Assembly: GCA_951406725.2 (NCBI GenBank)
Contig: OX597816.1
Location: 93,434,001-93,498,000, forward strand
DNA: 64,000 nt
DNA from: Octopus vulgaris
Lineage: Eukaryota
Direction of reading: 5' to 3'
Position numbers and translations under genes: made by a program. Below are positions 13,073 through 25,275 of this stretch, one piece after another. The notes under the pieces are model-generated. The model was not told the origin of the DNA and made no database searches. It saw only the letters and a list, made by a program, of their open reading frames with translations. The first letter of the stretch is position 1. Every line of letters starts with the position of its first letter.

Positions 13073-15519
13073 ATTTATTTTCCTACTTCTGACACAATTT
13101 TCACATTCTGTTTGAACCAAAATATCTAAAGACTAACTGTTTTGAGAGATTAAACTCATACCCACCTAGAAGACACATGAAGATGGATAGAGAATAAAAT
13201 AGCTGAAGCATTGTGATTGCCTTTATCAAGATGAAGAAATTCATCTGACTATATTACTGTAAATAAACCCATGCCTTTGCAGAAGCAGCAGCATTGGGGA
13301 ATTGCCGAATTGCCGAATGATTTATCTTACAGTGACAAGTTCAGTTCTTCCCTACAGGGAAACCTATCTGTGATAGACTAATAACAGTTCCAAGAGAAGA
13401 AGTGTTTCCCATCTGTTTAACACTTCAGAAACTGGAGATTACCATCAATTTTGTGATTATTTGAGATTTGGAAAATAACTAGTTAATTAGCAGCTTTGAA
13501 CTGGTGGAGAGATTTAATAGAAACTCCCTGGTTTATATTATCTTGATAACATTGTATTATTATGAAATGGTTTTGTCTTGTAAATAGAAACTTCAACAAC
13601 ATTTTTAATTGGTTCATAAAAGAATAGTAGGTTAATAGGATAGGAATTTTTCAAGTGTTTCTGGCCAATTTAAAGGATATAAATTTTCTAAATGGACATT
13701 GAATGATAATTAATATAATTTATCTTTGATTTTGATTTAAAATTTGGTGTAAATTTTGTTTATCATAAGTGAATACAATTACCTCTTTTGAGAATATATT
13801 TCTAATGAAGTACATTGTCTCTGTGCTTCAGTAATTTTTCAGAAGAATCAAGGAATTTGTGGTGATTTAGTAAAATAACCTATTTGTTTATTATTAAGCA
13901 GGTATTTGGAATATAACAAAACATTTTTATATGAAAATATAATAGAAGTTTCCCATGTAAATATGTTCACTGAATGTCCAGGGCAAGACAATGGAATGCT
14001 CCCAGTGATGAGACTCAAGCTTAGGAGTTCAGGAGCTTGTAGGAAACTGGAATCATCTGTTAGTCACCACTAATTCTAGTTCTGCTCTGGCTTAAATTAA
14101 AACCTGTCAATGACCTTTTTATGGGTCAAACAGTAGAAAATGAGCTTGTGGCTAAAGCATACAGGACTCAGAGGAGAGCTGGCCTATAGGCAGGCTTACC
14201 AATGTGAGGACATGTCCTGATGTCATGTGAACCATTTCCATTCCTAAGGGTTAAACAGGATAAGTTTGAGGCTAACAGAGTAAATTGTAAATAAGATGGC
14301 TCAAGACAACAGGAAAAAAACACTTGCTTCCTTCTAAGAAAAGTTATGAATCCTCAGATGTTGGCATGGAAGTCTATGAACACTAATGACAGTACATACG
14401 GCACCAGTGAAAGAGAGAGGTGGGGAGAGATGCACACTGAAAAATTATTGATCCTGTGTTGCAAAACCAGAGATAGTCACAGACGAATTGGTACCAAAAG
14501 AAATACTGTAAAAAATAGTCTCCAGTACTGCAATAATAAATACAGAAAGAGGAGATGACTTCATTAAATAACTATTGTATAGCAACTTTATTGTTTAGCA
14601 ACTTTAAATAGTGAATTAGCAGAGTTGTTTGAGTGTCAGATAGAATACCTTGCAATATTTGTTCTGACTCTCCACTCTGATACAATTCTGTATTTCTGAG
14701 ATGAGGAATTTTTTTTATCATGCACAAGTTGGAATGGTATCCTCATCATGGTTGTTGCTTTTCACTGCATTTCAGCTGTACATGCTCCAGCTTTCTTTAG
14801 GTGTCTTGTGATTCACCTTACCACCTTGCCTGAGATTGAACTCAGAACCTCCATGTGACTGCAATGCATTAACTAGCACCTTTATCCACTATGCAATGCC
14901 TGTAAGCAGTATCAGAGTGAACTTTTATGGTTTATAAAGCTCCACTATAAGTTAAAATCCCATTGGGATCAGCTTTGCCTTTTATCCTTTAAAGTTGATT
15001 AAAAAAGTATCAAATCTGGGCTGTATATTGTTGGAACAGTAAAAATATCAAACTAGATGCAATATTTGTTCTAACTCTTTGCATTTTGAGTTCAAGTCCT
15101 GCCATGGTATACTTGGATGGTAGACTTAATCTATCACCCAGTTTAACACCAACGCCTGGAACTCAAGGTGCCCTTAAAAGAGTCCACTTTATTGCAAGCA
15201 TTCACCTGCATCTGCAGCTTGAAGATAACTTCCCCCATTCCCTACCACAAGCCTGAGAAGCACAGTCTTTGCTCATGAAAAATTTAATAAACAAAAATGT
15301 CCCAATCCATGCCTCCCTCCATTAATTTAGCACTCATATGAAGTTTTGGAGTCATTGTTTCTGCCTTGATTAAGAATTATCATTAAAACATATGACTTTT
15401 CTTTCATACTTTTAGTGCAGTTTAAATTAATTTTATTTTGTTTGGCTCCCAACATAAGGTATGACAACCTTAACTTAAGTATATTTAAAACTTAGTTAAG
15501 AGTCTAATTAAAGAGACAT

Positions 15520-16130
15520 CTATTCATTTCAATCGCCTTCAAAGTATGATCCTCTAACTTCGATGCTCCAGTCACTTTGTGAAGGCCTAGTGTAAGTCCT
15601 CCAAAGTAAAGGTATCCAGGATCCTTGTTACAGCAACCTTCAGCTTGGGGAACAACCAAAATTCTCAGGGAGCAAGGTCTGGACTGTGGGGAGGGGAAGG
15701 GGCCATTTTGATGCCCATCTCTATCAAGTGGTTGGTTACTAGGATGGAATTTCGGACTGGTACATTATCCTAGTGCAGGTACTCTATTCTTTTCTAATGG
15801 AATATCCTCCTGAACTCCCTCAAAACCTCCACAAAGTACTCATTGTTGATCATCTGGCCAGAGAGAACCCAATTGATGTTGATGGTGCCTTTGCTGTTTG
15901 AAAAGAGGATCATCATGAGCTTCCTGGTTAACTTAATTTGCCTAGCCACTTGTGTTAGTAAAAAACAAATGTTTGGCTCATAAAAGTTTATCCAAAAGCA
16001 GTCTGTAGCAGTTCATATGTTTCTGAGGAGTTTTCACCCAGTTTAGCATAAAATTTTATTGCCTGGTGAGCTTCCAAATTGTCTTCATGTACCAATTGCA
16101 CTCTGCAATGAGTCAGCTGTAGAAAGCAGT
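15520..16130 (-). mobile_element. Decayed, internally deleted mariner transposase
   Basis: Minus translation gives AIKFYAKLGENSSETYELLQTAFG (N-terminal HTH), LH*DNVPVRNSILVTNHLIEMGIKMAPSPPHSPDLAP*EFWLFPKLK (34-residue spacing, YSPDLAP-like motif) and a GSYFEG C-terminus. Several stops. Confidence 0.9.
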
Positions 16131-16326
16131 GTTAAATAGATTATGCTCAAAGTGCTGTTACAGCCATTTCCTTCAATCTGAAATAACAAGGGTTGGCAAG
16201 TCAGCTTATTAGATTAGTAAAAATGATATACTAAAATTACAATAATCTATATCTGCTTCTCCTACAAAAGTCTCAAAGATACCAAGATATGCATCTTATA
16301 TGTTCCCCACCACACACATACATATA

Positions 16327-16721
16327 CTCTTTTACTCTTTTACTTGTTTCAGTCATTTGACTGTGGCCATGCTGGACCACTGCCTTTAGTCGAGCAAATC
16401 GACCTCAGGACTTATTCTTTGTAAGCCTAATACTTATTCTATCAGTCTCTTTTGCCGAACTGCTAAGTTACGGCGATGTAAACACACCAGCATCGGTTGT
16501 CAAGTGATGTTGGGGGGACAAACACAGGCACACAAACATACACACACATATATATAAGTATATATATATGCGGTGGGCATCTTTCAGTTTCTGTCTACCA
16601 AATCCACTCACAGGGATTTGGTTGACCCGAGGCACTTGCCCAAGGTGCCACACAAGTGGGACTGAACCCGGAACCATGTGGATGGTAAACAAGCTACTTA
16701 CCACACAGCCACTCTTACGCC
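16327..16721 (-). mobile_element. tRNA-derived SINE family A, near full length
   Basis: tRNA-like head (A box tggctgtgtgg, B box ggttcagtcc), ccttgggcaagtg core, internal TA/CA tract, tail tgactgaaacaagtaaaagag. Confidence 0.92.
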
Positions 16722-16865
16722 TATACATATATATATATATATATATATATGTTTGTTTTTATGTGACATTATATATCAAAACAATTTAACATTAGAATGA
16801 AAGATAATTTAATACATTCTACTAGAGCACATATTAATTAATTTTCACCAGGAAAGGGTTGACAA

Positions 16866-16937
16866 TGACTTTGAAGTTTTGGCTTGTTTAGTGTCATCAG
16901 ACTGACTCATGACAAGCAAGCCAAAACTTCGAAGTCA
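16866..16937. repeat. Palindrome made of two inverted degenerate hammerhead motifs
   Basis: tgactttgaagttttggcttg ... caagccaaaacttcgaagtca. Minus strand reads CTGATGA-cactaaacaagcc-AAAAC-ttcaaa-GTC. Confidence 0.7.
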
Positions 16938-16960
16938 CTATAAGACTTCTCTTGCAGAAG

Positions 16961-16994
<34 letters not shown>

Positions 16995-16996
<2 letters not shown>

Positions 16997-17373
16997 TGCA
17001 GGAGTGGCTGTGTGGTAAGTAGCTTGCTTACCAACTGCATGGTTCTGGGTTCAGTTCCACTGTGTGGCATCTTGGGCAAGTGTCTTCTACTATAGCCTTG
17101 GGCCGACCAAAGCCTTGTGAGTGGATTTGGTAGACGGAAACTGAGAGAAGCCCGTCGCATATATGTATATGTATATATATGTGTGTGTGTCTATGTTTAT
17201 CCCCCCAACATTGCTTGACAACAGATGCTGGTGTGTTTACGTTCCCATAAAAGAGACCAATAGAATAAGTACTAGGCTTACAAAGAATAAGTCCTGGAGT
17301 TGATTTGCTCGACTAAAGGCGGTGTTCCAGCATGGCCGCAGTCAAATGACTGAAACAAGTAAAAAAGTAAAAG

Positions 17374-17375
<2 letters not shown>
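16995..17375 (+). mobile_element. tRNA-derived SINE family A, near full length
   Basis: ggtgcaggagtggctgtgtggtaag ... ggttcagttcc ... tgactgaaacaagtaaaaaagtaaaagag. Confidence 0.92.
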
Positions 17376-17433
<58 letters not shown>

Positions 17434-17455
17434 GATATACATATATATATATATA

Positions 17456-17503
<48 letters not shown>

Positions 17504-18162
17504 TACATATACATATATATATATATATACACACGTGCATACACACATTCACAAGCATGTATACATGTATACACACACATACATAAAACTGTTTTGTTTT
17601 GCTTTTTTTCCAATGCAATCACATTCCATATTTAACAGAAGATAATATTGGTCCTGGCCTGCCAACCAGCTATATTAATGTCTCCAGCAAGTCACTCACT
17701 GGAGAAACTGAACAAGATACTTGAAACATATGTAATTGATTTTCCTAGATGTACATTAGAAATTTTCTGCAGATAAAAGATATAAAAAAAAATATGAAAC
17801 CTTTTGAGTTTGAAAATGCTAAGGTAAAAGAAAATAAGTTTTGCAAAAGATTTAAAATAGAAAACCAAAATTATGAAATAGTGGAAACAAAAACAAGAAG
17901 AAAAAAAAGCAAAACAAATGAAGAACTAAAAATATATTTGAGAGATTTATTTTTTAATCCTTATCAGAATTCTATAGCTTATATTTTTAAATCATTGCAA
18001 GACATGAAAAGAAGATGAAATAAGATGAGGAAAATGTACTGTTTCCCTCTCTCCATCTCTCTCCAAGTGTGTGTGTATGCATGTGTGTGTGTGTTAAATA
18101 TATATATGTAAAATATATATAAATATATATATATGTATATAAAATATACACATATACACACT

Positions 18163-18214
<52 letters not shown>

Positions 18215-18613
18215 GTATATATATATATATATACATATACATGTTCATATTTGCATTTATGTATGTGTGTGTGTTTATGCATATGCGTGTGTGTGAGTGT
18301 GCAAATGTATGTGGTAACTAGAAGCGCACAAACCTCATAAGGGACATTTTAATTCAGGTAATCAAATGCACAGATATGCATACATGCACATACATGTGTG
18401 TGTGTTTGTATATGTGTATGTATGTACGTATGTATATGTGCATGTATGCATATATGTATGTATTAATGCATGCATGTATGTATGCATATGTGCATATGTA
18501 TATAAAGACATATACATTACATAAATATATATCTATATATACATATACAAACATATGTATTACATGAATATATATATATATCATATATAAATATATCATA
18601 TATATATATATAC

Positions 18614-18674
<61 letters not shown>

Positions 18675-18810
18675 TATATATTCATATATCATATGTATTT
18701 TATATATTTAGTAATATATGTATATACATTGGACATATATATTTATTTATTCATATGTATGTTTGTGTATTTATATGTATACATTAACACACACACACAC
18801 ACACACATAC
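17376..18810. repeat. Clustered (TA)n/(CA)n/(TATG)n microsatellite tracts (17376-17585, 18065-18310, 18375-18810)
   Basis: Direct reading of the sequence. Confidence 0.9.
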
Positions 18811-19075
18811 TGTGATATCTTTGACTTGGAGGGATAGTAGAAAGTGAGTGAGAGGAACAAGAGTGGTGGTATTGTATCCCAATGAAGTTAGGAAAGCAAA
18901 ATTTATCCTCAAGAGACATATGAAAGGATTATTTACTTTCAAAGCATGTGCTGTGTGTACAGAACAGGAGACATACTGTATACAATATAACTATAACGAT
19001 AATAAGTAGAAGAAGCGGGTTATTGTTCTTATTGTTGTTAATCATTATTAAGGTAATTATCATTAAATTTGTGTT

Positions 19076-19605
19076 AAGGTGGCAAGCTGGCAAAATCGTT
19101 AAAGTGCTGGAAAAAGTGTTCAATGATGTTTCTTTTGACTTTATGTTCTAGATTCAAATGCTGCTGGAGTCGACTTTGCCTTTCATCCTATTCTCTCTTC
19201 ATCCTTTTCAAGCCTAACCAGGCTCATGGGCCCAGTTTCTGTGGCATATATGTTCCCCCCAGCTGGATGGGACGCCAGTCCATTGCAGCATTACTCAAGA
19301 AACAGGAAGAGAAAGTGAGAGAAAGTTGTGGTGAAAGAGTACAACAGGGGTCGCCACCATCCCCTGCTGGAGCCTCTTGGAGCTTTTAGGTGTTTTCCCT
19401 CAATTAACACACACAACGCCCAGTCTGGGAATCGAAACCGCAATCCTCCGACTTCAAGTCCACTGCCCTAACCACTGGGCTATTGCGCTTCCACTTTCAT
19501 CTTATTGGGGGTGGTAAAATAAGTATCAGTTGAGCACTGGAGTTGAAGTAGTTGACTTAATGCCTCTCTTGACCTTGCTGACCATGTGTCAAAATTTAAA
19601 ACCAA
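19076..19605 (+). mobile_element. SINE family B split by a nested SINE
   Basis: Head aaggtggcaagctggcaaaatcgtt .. gtcgactttgcctttcatcct, interrupted at 19192, resuming at 19494 with ctttcatcttattgggg..aaaataagtatcagttgagcactgg. Confidence 0.8.
19193..19493 (-). mobile_element. tRNA-derived SINE family C with 13-bp TSD
   Basis: Head tggaagcgcaatagcccagtggttagg..ggtttcgattcc, and tggactggcgtcccatccag (V-domain-like). TSD ctttcatcctatt (19180-19192) / ctttcatcttatt (19494-19506). Confidence 0.85.
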
Positions 19606-19849
19606 TATTTTATGACGACAAGCCAGTAGAATTGTTAGCATGCTGAGCAAAATGTTTACCAGCATTTTGGTGGTCTTTACATTCAGAGTTCAAATTCTGC
19701 CAAGGATGAGGGTGATAAAATAAGTACCCGTTGCACTCTACCCCAATACTGCTGGCCTTATGCCAAATTTTAAATCGTTATTATAAGATTGTGGATTAGC
19801 AAGAATAATAAGAGCATCAGAATAAATGCCCTGTAAGGGGGTGAGCATC

Positions 19850-19880
19850 GGTAGTGATGTTGGAGGGACAAACATATACC

Positions 19881-19930
<50 letters not shown>

Positions 19931-20095
19931 CATATATACGACAGGCTTCTTTTAGTTTCCATCAACCAAATTCACTCAAAAGCTTTGGTCAGCCTAAGGC
20001 TATAGTAGAAGACACTTGCCCAAGGTGCCACACAGTGGGGACTGAACCTGGAACCACGTGGTTCGTAAGGAACCTACTTACTACACAGCCACTCT
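19850..20095 (-). mobile_element. SINE family A, 5' half
   Basis: Matches the head and core of 16995-17210. Confidence 0.85.
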
Positions 20096-20179
20096 ACATG
20101 TGTGTGTATTAGTGTGTGTGTGTGTATTAGTGTGTGTGTGTGTGAGAGAGAGAGAGAGTGTGTGTGTGAGAGAGAGTGT

Positions 20180-20392
20180 CTGTGTCTGTGTTTGTCCCTC
20201 TTGACAACTAGTGTTGGTGTGTTTATACTTCCATAACTTAGTGGCTAGGCAAAAGAAACTGATTGAATAAGTATCAGGCTTTTAAGCAAAACAAGCCCTA
20301 GAGTTGATTCATTCAACTAAAAATTATTCAACTTGGTGCTCCAGCATGGCTGCAGTCTAATGACTGAAACAAATAAAAGAAAAGATAAAGAT
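20180..20392 (+). mobile_element. SINE family A, 3' half
   Basis: ttgacaactagtgttggtgtgttta ... gtgctccagcatggctgcagtctaatgactgaaac. Confidence 0.8.
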
Positions 20393-20786
20393 GATAGATT
20401 GGCAAAATTGTGAGAACACTGGAACAATTATCTTTTGGTGTTTGCCAGGTTCTTTGCAATGGCCTCTTGAAAATATTACAAATAAAAGACGTATAAAAAT
20501 GAAGCCATTTATATTAATGGTACCTAGTCCCAGATCAACTGTGATCGAACAGATTTACTTTTATGCTTTTATTTATTTGTTAGTTTCAGTTATCAAACAG
20601 TGGCCATGCTGGTGCACAACCTTCAGGCAGTTTTAGTTGATCATATTGATTTGGCATTACTTCAATTGTCTATATTTTATGGAGCGTTTAAGATGTCATT
20701 TTGGTACAATAGCAGTTCTTTCTCCAGCCAGTAGCATTGCCTCAAACACAAACAAAAACATTAACAAAGACATGGCAACAGACAAA

Positions 20787-20845
<59 letters not shown>

Positions 20846-21659
20846 CACATACACACACACATACACATGTGCACATATAAATCCTCTTACATATACACAA
20901 AGCATGGAAGGCTTCTGCATAATTTCCCCTCATCAAATACAATATACTTGAAATTTGATGGCTACAATTTTATGATTAAAAAAAAAACCCACTTAAGTTG
21001 CTGTTTCTAGTATAGAAAATCAAAAATCACATAGAGGTTTCCTCTTACGCTATCCTCCCTCAGTGATAGCCACAACACTACAGTTCCCTAACATAATATC
21101 AATCATGCTGCTCACTTCTCACCATTTTTAGCTGAAATAGGTGAGACGTACTCTAAGAGAGGCAGGCACATACACATACATTTCGTAAGCAGGAGAGGGA
21201 ATATGGAAGTAGACGGAGGGAGCAAAAACAAAAAATTCCTAGATCCTAATCTCTGGAGAACAAGACTTATTTCTGAAACCCTACACGTATATTAGATGAT
21301 TTGCCATTGACAACATCAATAAAACTTTAAACTGTTTCTTACAAAGATATTGATTGATTCTCTTTTACGGCAGTCCAGTCACAGTAACCGACACCACTGA
21401 TATATCAAGCGGACTGTAAAATAAATAGGCAATAGCACTTTTTCCTGCTGGTACCATCTCACCTTTACAATTTGCCACTGTTATTTTGTTGTTGCATTAT
21501 TCATTATTTCTTTCAGCTGTTAACTATAAATATTCTGAAGAATACAGGGGAAAAGAAAAAAAAACAACATCTTCACTCTATCGCCATGGACACTGCCAAT
21601 ATCAAAATCAGAAAATAAAAAAAAATTTTTTTTTTTACAAGAATTGTATAGCCCTTTTA

Positions 21660-22199
21660 ATAGAGAGTTGGTGGTGGTCACGATGGGAGAGAGTGATGGT
21701 AGTGGCAGTGGTTTTAACAGTAGTAGAGGTGAGAGGCTGACACAAGTGGTGGTGGTGGTTTCAGCTGTGATTGCAGCAGTGGTAGTAGTAGAAGTAGTAG
21801 AAGTAGGAATAGTAGTAGTAGTGGTAGTGGTAGTGCATGGGTGTCATAATGAGAGCAGTTATGTTTGTGATGCTGATTATGGGGAGTGGTAGTAGAGGAG
21901 GCAGTGGTGGTAGTTGGGAGTGGGTCTGAAAATAACTGTTATGAAATAAATTTGCTGGTTATAGCACAAATGCTTTAAATCTATAACATAAAGGCATTCA
22001 AAGAGGCACTGGTGGTGGCGGTGGTGGTGGTGGTTTTCATCGTTGTCATCATCCTTGTCATGGCTGTGGTGGTCATGATGGTGATAGTGAAAGTAGTGGA
22101 GATGATGTGATGATTGTCATAGTGTAGGCTGTAGTGCAGGAGATGAAGATCACGGTGATGTTGTTGGTGATGTTGGTTGTCATAATATTGTGTATAATA

Positions 22200-22241
<42 letters not shown>

Positions 22242-22720
22242 TGGATGATTCTGGTATTGGTGCTGGTTCTGGTGATGATAATCATCATCACCACCACTAT
22301 CATCATCATCATTACCATTATCACCACCACCACTACCACTACTATCATCACCACCATCACTATTACCAATACCACCATTGCCATAATTCCTCATCATTAT
22401 CGACATCATCATCATCATCGACATCATCGACATCACCACCACCACCATCATCACCATCATCATTGTCATCATCATTGTCATCGTCATCGTAGTCATTGTT
22501 GTTGTTGTCGTCGTCATCATGTTCAAGGCTGTCGCCTGCAATTGTATTGCCATAGTAAAGTTCGTTACTACACTTACCAACAACAATAACAATATTCTTT
22601 CAACTAACACTCGTCATTCCCAACTTGGCCACCACCACTACCACCATCACCACAACCACTACCATCAGCAACAACAACAACAGCAACAACTTCACAACAG
22701 CAGCTCCATCAAAATCATTA
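21660..22720. repeat. Compound trinucleotide low-complexity region (GGT/AGT/GAT switching to CAC/CAT/CAA)
   Basis: Direct reading. Explains the homopolymer ORFs at 21981-22812. Confidence 0.9.
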
Positions 22721-23107
22721 ATACCAGCTGTACCATCAAATACAAGTACTATGAGATTTCAGATGTTTACAAAAAAAGCTCAGCTTGTATTCTTGATCAT
22801 TTCCTAATCTGAAGTACTTTTGTAACATATGAGGAAGTGGAATGGCATATACAGTACAAGTGGTTCTTTTAATATTTGATTGAATTATAGGTTCATCATC
22901 CACCTGTACTTTGTGCTCACATCCTGCTACAATCAACTTTTTTTTTTCCTCCCTGGGATCAATAATTAAGCACCAGGTATTCAATTCACTTGGAGATTTC
23001 AAGAGATTTTTGTGGGTTTTGTTTTGAATATGTGAAGAAAATAAAATCATTATTTATATGCAAAGCAAAAGAGTGTAAAAAATATTCACTGCATGCAAAC
23101 AATGGTG

Positions 23108-23142
<35 letters not shown>

Positions 23143-23221
23143 TACATATGTAGAAAATCGGTGTGTTTGCTTGTGGTGTTGTTAGCTAACTCCTACATCG
23201 TTTTATTGATTGTGATGAAAC

Positions 23222-23659
23222 TTGACATGTGAATAGAACTCATGTCTGGAAACCTCATGACATACTTAGATTGTTGGAAAAATCGATAATACGGCCCCTG
23301 GTAGGGACCTTTATATCTAGCTTATATAACTAATTTTTTTAAACACACAAGGGAAATAACCCATGGTACCTGCACAATATTTGTTTTAAACACTCAAGAG
23401 AAATAGCCCAAGTCATTGTTTATGTTTCATTACTTTGAAAATTGATTTTTTCGTGTGTTTCCTATTTTAAATTTTTGCAGACAATATCACTTTTATACTT
23501 TATTTGACATGTGAGTAGAACTCATGTCTGGAAACCTCGTGACATACTTAAATTGTTGAAAGAAATCGATAATTGGGCCCCTCTAAGGGATCCTGCTATC
23601 AACTACATATTACTAATATTTTATTTAAACAACCCAAGGGAAATAACCCATACCACCTG
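23222..23659. repeat. Two-copy direct repeat (~150 bp, period ~282 bp) beside a Penelope fragment
   Basis: ttgacatgtga[a/g]tagaactcatgtctggaaacctc[a/g]tgacatactta...aagggaaataaccca starts at 23222 and 23504. Confidence 0.85.
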
Positions 23660-23799
23660 AAGTTTTTAGTGAAGCAATCAATATTCATTCTCACAATCAG
23701 CCGACCTAATTCTGCATTTCACTACTCACAGTTTAGTGAGGGGATTTATGTACAGTGATGTAATCGTGAATAGAAATGTGTAAAAAAATAATAAAAGTT

Positions 23800-24290
23800 G
23801 GTTATGTGTGCATATTAAGACGTGTTCTGTATTTTTCAATGTAAAAAGTTTCTTTATTTAAATGTTGCAGTTGAGAGATTGTGTCTTTGCACTGGTAGAA
23901 GGGGAAGACTGTGAAATTCGGTTTGATATTACCTACACATTTTTCTATATGTTCACTGAGAGGAATTTGTCTGTATTGTGAGAAATGGATTTACTCTTTA
24001 TGAAGAGTGGTTCTCTTTCTCAAGGTCATACACGTTTGTCCAATATAGTGGTGTCCGCAACCAGAGCAGGTTATTACATAAATTAGATTCTCAGAGGCAC
24101 AAGTGAAACTAGTTTTAGTTGTGAACCTCTGTCCTTGTTTGAAAAGGATAACCAAGCCTTCAAGCAGGTTGGGGCAGGTTCCACAGTTTGGGCGTCCACA
24201 TTTTTCAACCATTAGTTTCGTGGTTGTTTTGTAAAGCATCGCAATTGTAAGTAGTCTCTTTAGCGATTTGTCTTGTTTTTTTGCATTTTG
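23800..24290 (-). mobile_element. Penelope-like retroelement fragment: Cys-rich linker and GIY-YIG endonuclease (pseudogenised)
   Basis: CGRPNCGTC ... FTCASENLIYVITCSGCGHHYIGQTCMTLRKRTTLH, then past a stop LSEHIEKC, and after a frameshift KETFYIEKY..LN. Confidence 0.9.
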
Positions 24291-24403
24291 CATCAAATGC
24301 AAAAAACAAGACAAATCGCTAAAGAGACTACTTACAAATTGGAAGCTTTACAAAACAACCACGAAACCAACGGTTGAAAAATGTGGACGCCCAAACTGTG
24401 GAA
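24179..24403. repeat. ~110-bp-arm fold-back at the 5'-truncated end of the Penelope fragment
   Basis: 24295-24403 is an inverted copy of 24179-24288 with a 6-nt loop. The same peptide appears in ORFs on both strands. Confidence 0.95.
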
Positions 24404-25234
24404 ATAATGCACAATGCAACATAAATCAGAAGAGCATAAATATATTTAAATATTATAAGTCTCATTGTGGGATAAATAAGAATGTAAACACTTTTGCTGT
24501 ACTACTAAAATGTGCAAAAAAGAAGAGATTGAGTTTCCTGAAAGACCAGTTTATGGTTTGCTGACCACTCCTCAGAGAAAGCATATCTAATTTCTTTCTC
24601 CAGTCAATAGCATAGATCATAGATATAAATTAGTCATGGATTTGACTAGTACCTGGGTGGCTAGCTTAATTTGTTTGTTTGCATTTTTGACTACTTATCA
24701 TTAATTAAATAATATCTATTAATGCAAAATACAGTGTAAATCAGGACAAAAACATTTAAATATTGCAAAAACTCACTGTGAGCAAAAAGGAATATAAATG
24801 CTAATATAAACACTTTTTACACTTTTTAAGAGATTTATTATTGCTTATTAATGCTAATATAACATTTCTACATTACTAATGTGCAGAAAAAAGAGGGAGG
24901 GAGTTTCTTGAGAGGCTGTTTAATGTATGTATTTGTATATATGTGTTTGTGTGTGTGTTTGTATGTGTATGCATATATACCATATTTTCCCGCATCCACA
25001 TTGGTGTAGTATAAAGTGGAAACATGCACTGTAACATTGTAACATCATCACTATCTTTCCAAATCCTGCTATATTTCCCATAGAACTTTTGGTCTTCCAG
25101 AGTTGGTTGTCATGGTATATAAGTCAACATACCTTTCTCTGATGTAAATTTTAGCCTGAAAATTTCAACTTGTAAGCCAAAAGATACTGCATATATACAT
25201 GCATATACATACATATACATACATACATACATAA

Positions 25235-25275
<41 letters not shown>

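Noticed and set aside
16995-17065. tRNA-like sequences with A/B boxes (also ~19420-19493 and ~47662-47730)
   Set aside because: They are SINE heads that continue into SINE cores and lack a complete cloverleaf.
21981-22812. His/Met/Thr/Ser-rich ORFs up to 209 aa
   Set aside because: Overlapping frames on both strands of a compound trinucleotide tract, with no coding signature.
22736-23050. 104-aa minus-strand ORF in unique sequence
   Set aside because: No recognisable motif or convincing splice sites, and its length is compatible with chance.
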